A stretch of DNA of 60,954 nucleotides from Thermoplasmata archaeon (GTDB taxonomy: Archaea > Thermoplasmatota > Thermoplasmata > Lutacidiplasmatales > UBA184). The position numbers were made by a program, and so were the translations under genes. Position 1 is the first letter of the stretch; each line of letters starts with the position of its first letter. Location of the stretch: the NCBI GenBank assembly GCA_030040035.1, contig JASHUJ010000075.1, positions 1-60,954 of the forward strand, given 5' to 3'. Below, one piece after another: positions 27,580-36,700 of the stretch. The notes beneath the pieces are model-generated. The model saw only the letters and a program-made list of their open reading frames with translations, was not told the origin of the DNA and ran no database searches.

Positions 27580-28350
27580 TTGACCATGCCGAGTTCTCGC
27601 ACGGCCTCGATCTCGTGGGTCTATCTCGTCCAGGCGCTCGCGGCCCGGGAGGGGGTCGAGCACCTCGGCCTCTCCTCGCGTCGGGTCGCGGATCTGCTCG
27701 GTCTCGCCCCATCGGCGGTGTCCCAGTATCTGTCGGGGAAGCGGGTCGGGGCGAGGTTCCTCGCCTTCGCGACGGACGAGCGGGCCCAGGCGATCGCCCG
27801 ACGTACGATCGAGGGGTTGATCGAGGCCCGGGAGACCGGTCGGGGCCCGGCCCGGCTCGTGCTCGAGGGGGCGGTCGCGCTCTCCGAGCTTCCCAGTTCA
27901 ACCGAGACCCGCTCTCCGGCCGGCGCCCGCCGCCCGCCGTCCCCCTCCTCCCCGGAACTGCGGCAACTGGCGAAGTGGATGCGCCGTCGGGTCCGGGCGG
28001 AACAGGTCGCGGTCACCCAGTGCATGCGGCTCGCCCAGCGCGCCCGGGACGAGTTGACGCGGGCGCTCCTGCGCCAGATCGCTTCCGACAGCCTCCGCCA
28101 CGCCGAGATCGTGGCGTCGCTGGCGACCTACATCGACCGTGGCGTTTCGAGCGCGTACGCTTCAGGGATCACTCGACGCGAGATCGAGGCGTTGATCGAG
28201 GGCGAGCGACGAGCCGAGTCCCGGGCCGGCTCGAGCTCCGCTCGCCAGCTGCGTGGCACGATGGCGATCCTGATCGACAGCATGGAAGCGGACGAGCGAA
28301 AGCACACGGAGCTCCTGCGCGGTCTCCTCGAGACCGGATTCCGTAGCTGA
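27580..28350 (+). CDS. HTH domain fused to ferritin/rubrerythrin-like four-helix domain (putative metal-responsive regulator)
   Basis: N-terminal HTH-like segment LSSRRVADLLGLAPSAVSQYLSGKR. C-terminal IASDSLRHAEIVASL ... MEADERKHTELLRGLL are ExxH-type ferritin-like motifs. TTG at 27580 or ATG at 27586. Confidence 0.5.
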   Translation: MTMPSSRTASISWVYLVQALAAREGVEHLGLSSRRVADLLGLAPSAVSQYLSGKRVGARFLAFATDERAQAIARRTIEGLIEARETGRGPARLVLEGAVALSELPSSTETRSPAGARRPPSPSSPELRQLAKWMRRRVRAEQVAVTQCMRLAQRARDELTRALLRQIASDSLRHAEIVASLATYIDRGVSSAYASGITRREIEALIEGERRAESRAGSSSARQLRGTMAILIDSMEADERKHTELLRGLLETGFRS

Positions 28351-28433
28351 GCGGCCGCGCGCCTTCTTCGCTGGGGCATCGGTCATCACAGAAACTATCT
28401 CGCGGCAGTCGCTGCGGCTCCGCGAGGGCCCCT

Positions 28434-28634
28434 ATGGTCCAGAAAGTGAGCGAAGTGGTGGGAACGTCCACCCAAGGATTCGCGAAGGCCGCCGAGAACG
28501 CCGTGCACACCGCCGCGAAGACGGTCCGGAACCTGCGCTGGTTCCGGGTCACCGACCTCGAAGGGAGCGTGAAGGATCAGAAGATCTCCGAGTACCACGC
28601 GACGGTCAAGATCTACTTCGATCTGGAAGAGTAG
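28434..28634 (+). CDS. dodecin (flavin-storage protein)
   Basis: 66 aa. VSEVVGTSTQGFAKAAENAVHTAAKTVRNLRWFRVTDLEG...YHATVKIYF is the classic dodecin pattern. Confidence 0.85.
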   Translation: MVQKVSEVVGTSTQGFAKAAENAVHTAAKTVRNLRWFRVTDLEGSVKDQKISEYHATVKIYFDLEE

Positions 28635-28761
28635 AGGCGGGTCGCAGGCGCCCGTTCGGGCTTGCGGTCGGGGCCGGCGGTGCGGGGGCCGGTGGCGGGC
28701 ACGAGGCGCCGACGAGCGTACGGTCCCCCGAGCGTGTCCTCACGGCGGCGCGTCAGGCGGC

Positions 28762-30300
28762 TCACGTCATCGGAAGTAGGTCGTACCGACCCGAGCTGAA
28801 ATCCCAGTCGAGGATGTACGGGTGCGTACGAGGACGGATACCCAGCAGGACCGTCCGGCCGTATCTTTCCTCGATCTGAACGTGCGTGTCCAGCGAGGCG
28901 GCGAGGACCCGGATCACCGGGTCGTCGCTTCGCCCGAATCCGAACCCGTGGAATCGGGGCAGCCGCGCATATCCGCTGACGATCATCGGGAACGTCTCGG
29001 GGTTCAGCGGCGCCCCCGCGATGCTGGCGAGCGCCCGGACGCCGTCGATGTAGATCACGTAGAGCGTGGGCCGGCCCTCGGGCGTCGCCTGGAGAAACCG
29101 GAACGCGTCCGGGAAGAGGGGCCCGACGCCCGGCGCGACGACCGAGCGCACGTCCCGGCCGTCATCCGGAGCCCGGCGAATCGGGAGCGCGACGGACTTG
29201 AACTCGCCGAGGCCCGGATCGGGGCCCCACGGGGTGACGATCCGAAGGCGCTCCCGTAGGAAGTCGGCCGGGATCCACCGGGAGAGCTGCGCGAGGATCT
29301 GACCGGGCGAGCTCGCGGCGGAAGGGATCCACACGGCCCGACCCCCGATGCTGAGAGCGTGCGCGACCACCGGGAAGAGGAACACGTCGCCCATCGTACC
29401 CGAGAAGCGCGGCGGCACCTGGAGGCCCGTCAATCCGTGGAAGCGGAGCCGACCGAAGGCGTTCACGAACGCGGTCGAACCCGGAAAGAGCGAGTTGTCG
29501 TCGGGCGCCGGATCCGGTTCCGGCGGGCCGATGGGCGGTCGGAACCCGATCGGCAGCTGGGGCGGGCAGTGGAAGTCTCCACCGTCGAGGCTGTAGAGGT
29601 ACCGGCTCTCGGGAGTCGGGATTTCCCGGAGCTTTGGGATCGAGACGACCCGCAGTCGGAACCCGTCCAGATCCTCCCAGCCCAGCTCGACGATCCCGTC
29701 CGCGGCCGTTCGCATCTCCCCGTCCGGTATCTCGGCCACGACGAAGATGCCGCGGATCGGCAGCCGTCCGAACTTCGCTCGCATGATCGGCGTGGTCGTC
29801 GTGATCACCTCGACGGCCCCGGCCTCGCCCGCCCGCGACCGGAACTCGCGCTCGGTCGACGGATCCCACGTGTCGACGACGACGAACCCTCCGCCGGCCG
29901 CGACCATCCGCTGGACGGCCTCGAGGATCGGGGTCGGGAACGCTTCCTCAGATCGGGCGGAGGCGGGCGCGAACGACATCAGCCCCGCGGGATCCGACGC
30001 GACGGGCACGCCCTCGCCTTTCCGCACGCCCTCCGGATCCACGAGCAAGAGCGAGAGCACCGGTCCGCTGCCCGCCGTTCCATCCCCGCTCGATCGGTCG
30101 GGTTCGGTCCGGTACGCGACGAAGATCCCGTGCCCCTTCAGTCGCGGGAGGAGCGTGCGCACCAACGTGCTCTTCCCGGTGCCGGCGGACCCCGTGATCA
30201 GGAGCGATTGCGGCGGGGGTTCGGCGAGGAACCGTTCGAAATGGTCGAGTAGGTCGAACCCGCCCGCTGCCTTCCCCTTGGGGCCGGCGTCGGGGGCCAC
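28762..30300 (-). CDS. RecA-superfamily ATPase, KaiC/GvpD-like, with degenerate second domain
   Basis: Walker A ITGSAGTGKSTL and Walker B-like GGGFVVVDTWD in the first half. The second half (GDVFLFPVVAHALSIGGRAVWIPS...) has a KaiC-like layout but no P-loop. Confidence 0.55.
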   Translation of the reverse strand: MAPDAGPKGKAAGGFDLLDHFERFLAEPPPQSLLITGSAGTGKSTLVRTLLPRLKGHGIFVAYRTEPDRSSGDGTAGSGPVLSLLLVDPEGVRKGEGVPVASDPAGLMSFAPASARSEEAFPTPILEAVQRMVAAGGGFVVVDTWDPSTEREFRSRAGEAGAVEVITTTTPIMRAKFGRLPIRGIFVVAEIPDGEMRTAADGIVELGWEDLDGFRLRVVSIPKLREIPTPESRYLYSLDGGDFHCPPQLPIGFRPPIGPPEPDPAPDDNSLFPGSTAFVNAFGRLRFHGLTGLQVPPRFSGTMGDVFLFPVVAHALSIGGRAVWIPSAASSPGQILAQLSRWIPADFLRERLRIVTPWGPDPGLGEFKSVALPIRRAPDDGRDVRSVVAPGVGPLFPDAFRFLQATPEGRPTLYVIYIDGVRALASIAGAPLNPETFPMIVSGYARLPRFHGFGFGRSDDPVIRVLAASLDTHVQIEERYGRTVLLGIRPRTHPYILDWDFSSGRYDLLPMT

Positions 30301-30396
30301 GATGTGAGGATTCGTGGCGACGCTTACAAACGTTCCGACAGGGACATGACCGAGAGGTGGGGACCCTGCCGGCGCTTCCGAGCGTCCCGGAAGCGG

Positions 30397-31074
30397 TCAG
30401 CAGCGCACGGCCATCGACCCGACGACCAACCGCTCACGGAGCGCGAACTCGAACGAGGTCGTGCGGGCGGCTCCGGGCGACGCGCGGCCGCTGCGCAACA
30501 GGGCCGAGCCATCCAGGTTCGCGATCGCCTCGCGCCGCGCCCACAGCCGGCAGAATTCGAGGACGAATTCCCGTTCGGGGAGCGCTTTGAGTCGGGCGAC
30601 CTCGGCGCCCGAGAATTGGGCTTCGGCGATGCGGACGAGCTCGTCGACCGGGCGTACGACCTCGAGTCCGACCCCGATGTCCCGTCCGACCGCGAGCCCG
30701 AGGACCAGCGCCCGTTCCGAGCGCGAGAGACCGAACCGGATCTTCCGGGCGTCATCGGCCGGAAGCGAATCGGCGGCGAGCTCGGGACGCCCCGAATCTC
30801 CCTCTACGAACCGGAGCGATTCCGGTGGGAGGCCCGTGACCTGCCCCATCACGTCGCGCGTGAACAGGCACGAGGCCACGAATCGGTGGCGCTCCTCGGG
30901 GGAGGCGCACCGGCGGGCCCGTTCCCGTTCGTCGAGCGAGAGGAGTTCGACGCGCCCGCCGACGAGGATCTCATCGAGGTCCCCGATCCAGAGCTGGGCG
31001 CGGGCGAGGTCTTCGGGAGGCTCTCCCGGGTTCGTATGGACCGCCACGTCAAGCGGCCGTTCCTTCCACTCCAC
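30397..31074 (-). CDS. Sfp-type 4'-phosphopantetheinyl transferase-like protein (divergent active site)
   Basis: GTG at 31074 is preceded by gaggagg. LSLDERERARRC...RHRFVASCLFTRDVM...GDSGRPEL...FGLSRSERALVLGLAVGRDIGVGLE...LWARREAIANL follows the PPTase layout. Confidence 0.5.
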   Translation of the reverse strand: MEWKERPLDVAVHTNPGEPPEDLARAQLWIGDLDEILVGGRVELLSLDERERARRCASPEERHRFVASCLFTRDVMGQVTGLPPESLRFVEGDSGRPELAADSLPADDARKIRFGLSRSERALVLGLAVGRDIGVGLEVVRPVDELVRIAEAQFSGAEVARLKALPEREFVLEFCRLWARREAIANLDGSALLRSGRASPGAARTTSFEFALRERLVVGSMAVRC

Positions 31075-31295
31075 GATTGACCTCCTCGGGAACGCCCCTA
31101 GTGAGGCGTCTCCTCCTCGGGGCACTCCGCCCCTACCGGACCGGCCGGCACCTGCCGCCACCCGGCCCGGCCGCCGCGCTCGATGGGGGCGCGCACGACC
31201 GGAGACGTTCGAGCTTTCCGTACTTGAACGTACGGTCCGACAGGTCTCGCGAGGAGTCGGCCCGCGCCCCGGAGCGCGGACGCCGGCGCTATCCT

Positions 31296-31835
31296 CTATG
31301 CGGAAGCGCTCGCCGGAGCCGCCGGCGTGGCCGTGAGCCGAGCGCCCAGGGGGCCCGGACGTTCGGGGACCCGGTGCGGCACCTCGAGGATCTTCTGGAT
31401 GTACGCTTCCTCAAAGATCTCTGTGAGGGGGCGGGAACGATGGTCCGCGAAGACCCGATCGGCGTGCCACTTGGCTCCGAACTGCACCAGCGTCATGAGT
31501 ACGGGCAGGACGTCGCGACCCTTCGGTGTCAGCTCCCAACGCACGTACTTCGGTTCTTGCGCGGCGCGTCGGATGAAACCCTCTCGCTCCAGCTCGTGGA
31601 GTCGGAGCGAGAGCGCCCGCTTCGTGAGGCCCGGGGTCGCCCGGAGGATCTCGTTGAACCGCTGGGCTCGATAGAGCCCGATGTCCCGCACGACGAGCAT
31701 CGACCACTTCCGGCCCAGCACCCCGAGGCTCGCTTCGACCGGGCAGCACTCGAAATCGACCTTGAAACGGACCGGTCTCGCCGGAATTCGTCGCTCGATC
31801 ATGCCCGTCCTACTTTCGAACCCCCACCGGTTCAT
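31296..31835 (-). CDS. HxlR-family transcriptional regulator
   Basis: CPVEASLGVLGRKWSMLVVRDIGLYRAQRFNEILRATPGLTKRALSLRLHELEREGFI. The start is 31835 or 31802. Confidence 0.85.
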   Translation of the reverse strand: MNRWGFESRTGMIERRIPARPVRFKVDFECCPVEASLGVLGRKWSMLVVRDIGLYRAQRFNEILRATPGLTKRALSLRLHELEREGFIRRAAQEPKYVRWELTPKGRDVLPVLMTLVQFGAKWHADRVFADHRSRPLTEIFEEAYIQKILEVPHRVPERPGPLGARLTATPAAPASASA

Positions 31836-32104
31836 ATCGGTTTACGCCGTCGTCCCCATCCCAGGAAGCTTCGATGGCTCCGCGAGCGATCGGCGGGTCC
31901 CGCGCGAACGGATCCGCGGGCGAACGTCCCCGTCGGTCCGTCGCGGCCGTTCGGGAGGTCCCCGACGGTTCTATATTCCGAGCGACTGTCAGCCCGGACG
32001 GACCCGGGTCCGGTGCCGCTGAACCGGCGCCGATGCCCGAACGATCCCCCGCCGATGAGGTCGGACACGTTCTGCCGCACCGCAGAGTTCCCGAGGCCCA
32101 TCGA

Positions 32105-32413
32105 ATGACCGCACCCTCGGGCGCTCGCGACTCCGCCGGCCCGAGCCTCGAAGTCCATCTCGACAGCTGGCTCCGGGAGTTCGGCCCCCGACAGCGCGAG
32201 GAGGTTGCCGCGGACACGGTCGAGCACCTCCTGGATACGCTCGAGAGCCGGTATCCCCGGCTCAAGTTCAAGTTGCGCGACGAGACCGGGCGGCTGCGTC
32301 GGTACGTCCGGGTGTTCGTCGATGGCGAGGACGTCAGCGGGACGACCGGAGTGGGTACGCCGCTCGCCGGAGCTCGAACGATCGATATCCTCCATTCCAT
32401 CGCCGGAGGATGA
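32105..32413 (+). CDS. ThiS/MoaD-family beta-grasp (ubiquitin-like) protein ending in Gly-Gly
   Basis: 102 aa. ...YVRVFVDGEDVSGTTGVGTPLAGARTIDILHSIAGG-stop. It is the 3' part of track ORF 31874..32413. Confidence 0.7.
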   Translation: MTAPSGARDSAGPSLEVHLDSWLREFGPRQREEVAADTVEHLLDTLESRYPRLKFKLRDETGRLRRYVRVFVDGEDVSGTTGVGTPLAGARTIDILHSIAGG

Positions 32414-33555
32414 GAGATAGGAACATGGACAGCCGGATCCGGATTCTGGTGGGCACGCGCAAGGGAACGTACGTGGTGGCCGGGGACTCGCGCCGGCGTC
32501 GATGGACGGTCGGCCCGGTCGCTCACGAGGGCAGCGAGATCTACCACGTGGTCGCCGACCCGCGTCGCCCGGGTGACCTCTACGCGGCCGTGAACAGCGA
32601 CTTCTGGGGGCCGATGGTCCAACGGTCGGCCAATTGGGGCAAGACCTGGAAGGAGATCGCCACGCCGCTCACACCGGGCGGGAAAGATCGCAAGCCGGAG
32701 TTCAACGACAGCGATCCACTGTCACCGGTCAAGCGACCGCTCCGCAACCTCTGGCACATCGAGCCGGGACCGGCGGACGAACCCGAGACCCTGTACCTCG
32801 GGGCCGATCCGCATCTGCTGTTCCGCACCCAGGACCGCGGAGCGTCGTGGGATCCCATCGACGGGATCAACCAGCACCCCAAACGGGGCGAGTGGTCACC
32901 GGGGGCCGGTGGCCACTGCCTTCACACGATCCTCCTCGACCCGCGGGACGCCCGTCGAATGTACATCGGCATGTCGGCCGTGGGCACGTTCCGCACCGAG
33001 GACGGTGGCCGAAGCTGGACGCCGCGCAACAAGGGGGTCATCACCCCGTTCCTCCCCGAGAAGTATCCCGAGACCGGCCAATGCGTGCATCACGTGGCGA
33101 TCGATCCCGCGGACCCCGACACGTTCTATCGTCAGGACCACGCCGGGATGTACGTTTCGCACGATCGGATGGATCGCTGGACCCGGATCGGGCGACCCCT
33201 CGGCGATGACTTCGGCTTCTGCGTCGCGTCGGCCCGGGCGGCGCCGGGTCGGGCGTTCTTCGTGCGGCTCGACGGGAGAGCCCGGGTCACCGGCGAGGGG
33301 CACTTCCAGGTGCACGAATGGGACGATACGCGCCGCCGTTGGCGCAAGCTCCTCCGGCCGGACGCGTTCCCCGGACACTTCGGCGTGCAGCGCGAGGGGA
33401 TCGCCACGGACGAGCTCGACCCTCCCGGGATCTACGTCGGGACGACGACCGGCCAACTGTTCGTCAGCCCGAACGCCGGCCGGACCTGGCAGTTGGTCCC
33501 GTTCTCGTTCCCCGGCATCCACACGGTCAGCGTGGCGAGCCCGGCCGCGAAATGA
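32410..33555 (+). CDS. BNR/Asp-box repeat beta-propeller protein (sialidase/Ycf48-like fold)
   Basis: ATGA overlap with the ThiS-like stop. Four Asp-boxes: SANWGKTW, TQDRGASW, TEDGGRSW, SPNAGRTW. No signal peptide. Confidence 0.75.
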   Translation: MRDRNMDSRIRILVGTRKGTYVVAGDSRRRRWTVGPVAHEGSEIYHVVADPRRPGDLYAAVNSDFWGPMVQRSANWGKTWKEIATPLTPGGKDRKPEFNDSDPLSPVKRPLRNLWHIEPGPADEPETLYLGADPHLLFRTQDRGASWDPIDGINQHPKRGEWSPGAGGHCLHTILLDPRDARRMYIGMSAVGTFRTEDGGRSWTPRNKGVITPFLPEKYPETGQCVHHVAIDPADPDTFYRQDHAGMYVSHDRMDRWTRIGRPLGDDFGFCVASARAAPGRAFFVRLDGRARVTGEGHFQVHEWDDTRRRWRKLLRPDAFPGHFGVQREGIATDELDPPGIYVGTTTGQLFVSPNAGRTWQLVPFSFPGIHTVSVASPAAK

Positions 33556-33762
33556 CCTAGGGCGGGCCCGGGAACCGGGGGACTCGAGGCGTCCGGCCGC
33601 CTGTCTCGAACCGGGGAGGAGTTCGGGTCGCTCTCTTCGCCGGCTCTCGCCGGCTGCTGACCTTCGGCGATCCCCCGGCACTCGCGACTCCCCAGGGACG
33701 GGGTTTAATTGCGCCACCGAAATCCTCGGGCGGAGTTCTGGCCGGTGTCGCATCACGCGCGG

Positions 33763-36700
33763 GTGCATCGAGGCACGACGGGCCGATTGGCGGTGACCGC
33801 CGTCGGCGCCTGCGTCCTCGTGTTGCTGATCAACTCGCTGGCCTCGGGTCCGCTCGACGCGGTGGGGGGCGACGGGACCCTCGCCACGAGCCCGGCAACG
33901 GGCCCGCCCGGATCGCAGGGCAGCGCCTTGCTCTCGGCGGCCGCCGCGTCGCTCGGGCGAGGCGCGGGGCCGGCTGCCGGTGCGTCGCTGCAGTGCACGG
34001 AGTCCTCGAGTGCCGGGTCCGAGTCGTGCGCGGCCCCTTCTCCCGCCCTGGCCGCGACGAGCGCGGCACCGGGGTTCGCCTCTCCCCCCCCGGAGTGGGG
34101 ATACTACCTCGCCTACGACGAGCTCGACCACTACGTTCTCTTGCTCGGTGCCGGGGCGGAGACGTGGACCTTCTCCCACGGAGTCTGGAGCGAGCTGCAC
34201 CCGAAGGTCGCGCCGCCGTCCCGATCCCGCATGAGCCTCGCCTACGACCCCGCGGGTCCGTACGTCCTCCTGTTCGGTGGACTCGGCCTCAAGTCCGCGA
34301 CCGACGCCCTCAACGACACGTGGACGTACGCGGCGGGCGTCTGGACGAACCTCACGTCGTCCGCGGGGCACGCGCCCAGCCGCCGGTACCACGCGGTGAT
34401 GGCGTTCGATAACGAGAGCGACGAGATGGTCCTGTTCGGCGGGACGAACAACACCGCGGCCGTCGGGGACACGTGGTACTTCGACGCCGGGAAGTGGTCC
34501 CAAGTCCCGATCGGTGGCGTCCTGTGCGGCGGGCCGGGCCAACCGGACTGTGCGAACGGCACCGCCCCGACGGATCGCTATGGCGCGTCGATGGTCTACG
34601 ACGCCGCGAGCGACTACCTCCTTCTCTTCGGGGGCGGAGCCCACGATCCGGCCTTGAAGGGCAACAAGACGTACTCGGATACCTGGGAATTCTCGGGTGG
34701 CGCCTGGACCAACATCACCCCGGCGAAGTCGTCCCCGCCGCCCCGCATCCTGGCCACGCTCGCCTACGACTCGCTCGACAAGTACGTCATCCTGTTCGGC
34801 GGGCTCGTCACGAACAAGATCCTCAACGCCGGCAACGATACCTGGCGGTTCTCGAAGGGCAGTTGGACCGAGCTCCACCCACCGATCTCCCCGCCGACCC
34901 GCGTGCAGGCGGGCATGGCGTACGACCCGGCCGACGGGTACATCGTCCTATTCGGCGGTCTCTCGTCGACCGCGTACAACGCACCGATCCTCGGCGACAC
35001 CTGGGTCTTCCAGTCCGGAAGCTGGATGGAGATCTCGGTCACGGCTTCCCCGACCCCGCGCGCCGGCGAAGGGCTCGCGTACGACGCCACGGACCACTAC
35101 GATCTCCTGTTCGGCGGCGTCTACGGACCGTTCGTCCTCAACGACTCGTGGCGATTCGTCAACGGTACGTGGACGAAGCTCGATCTCGCGGGGCCCGTGC
35201 CGTCGCCCCGGTACGACGCGAGCCTCGCCTACGACGCGCACGACGGCTACGTCGTGCTGTTCGGCGGACGGAACGCGACGCACTACCTCGACGACACGTG
35301 GACGTACTCGCAAGGCCGGTGGACCCAGCTTCACCCCTCGACCTCGCCGCCGGCCCGGGCGAGCGCGGCCATCGTCTACGACGCCGCGAGCGACGAGCTC
35401 GTGCTGTTCGGTGGGCAGAACTCGACGACGACGTTCAAGGACACGTGGACGTTCGAGGGGGGCGTTTGGACGTCGGTGGTCTCCGCCAGCCACCCGGCGT
35501 CCCGCTCCTCCGCCAGCCTCGCGTACGTCCCGTCGAGCGGGACGGCGGTGCTCTTCGGAGGTCTCGGCCCGAGCGGGGCGATCCTGGACGACACTTGGAC
35601 GTTCCAGGCAGGTCTGTGGACGAACGACTCGCACAAGGTCGGATCGGCCCCGCCGGCGGAGTACGGGGGGGCCTTCGCGCAGGATCTCGCCGACGGGTAC
35701 GCCGTGCTGTTCGGCGGGAACACGAGCGCGGGGCCGAGCAACGAGACCTGGGAATACTCGCCCAACGCCTGGACCGAGGTCGCTCCGACTCCGTACCCCT
35801 CGGCCCGCGAGGGATCGGCGATCGCGTACGACCCGAGCTACGAGTCGCTGCTCCTGTTCGGTGGGTTCGGCAACGGCCGGCCGCTGAACGACGGCTGGCT
35901 CTTTGCGCTCGGCAACTGGACCGCGCTCCTCCCGCCCGCTCGTCCGTCCGCTCGCGTCTCGGCGTCGATGGTCTATGACGGCAAGGACAACTACGTGCTC
36001 CTCTACGGCGGGATCGATGGAACCCGTCTCCTCGGCGACACGTGGGAGTACCTCAACTACGTCTGGACCCAGGTCACGACGTCGCAGGCCACGCCTCCGG
36101 CGCGCTTCGACGCCTCGTTGGTCTACGATGCGACGGACCACTACGTCCTCCTGTTCGGAGGCGAAGGGACCGGGGGGCCGCTCGGCGATACCTGGGACTA
36201 CAACAACGGGCAGTGGTCGAACCTCACCCCCAAGCACTCGCCGCCGTCGCGCCTCGGCGCCGCGATGGTGTACGACCCTCGCGATGCGTACGTGGTCCTG
36301 TTCGGCGGGATCGGTGCGAGCGGTCAGGACCTCGCGGACACGTGGACGTACTCGCACGGCGCGTGGAGCGAGATCAGTCCCGCGACCGCCCCGAGCGGAC
36401 GCGCCAACGCGAGCGCGACGTTCGACGCGCTCGACGACTACGTGGTCCTCTTCGGCGGGGTCCGCGGTTCGACGTATCTGTCGGATACGTGGACGTTCGC
36501 CGGCGGGAATTGGACCAAGCTCCAACCGGCCCAGCCGCCGGCCGCGCGGGCGTCGGCGAGCTTGACGTACGACTCCGCCGACAAGTACGTCCTGCTGTTC
36601 GGTGGGGAGGGAGCGTCCGGAGCGCTCGGCGACACGTGGACGTTCGCGGGGGGCGAATGGAGCCCGCTCGCGGTGACCACCGCCCCGTCCCCGCGGAGCG

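Noticed and set aside
31811-31830. T-loop-like GGGGGTTCGAAAG (minus strand), which hints at a tRNA.
   Set aside because: It lies inside the HxlR N-terminal coding region (…WGFES…). No acceptor or anticodon stems can be drawn around it, and I found no other tRNA-like T-arm in the intergenic regions.
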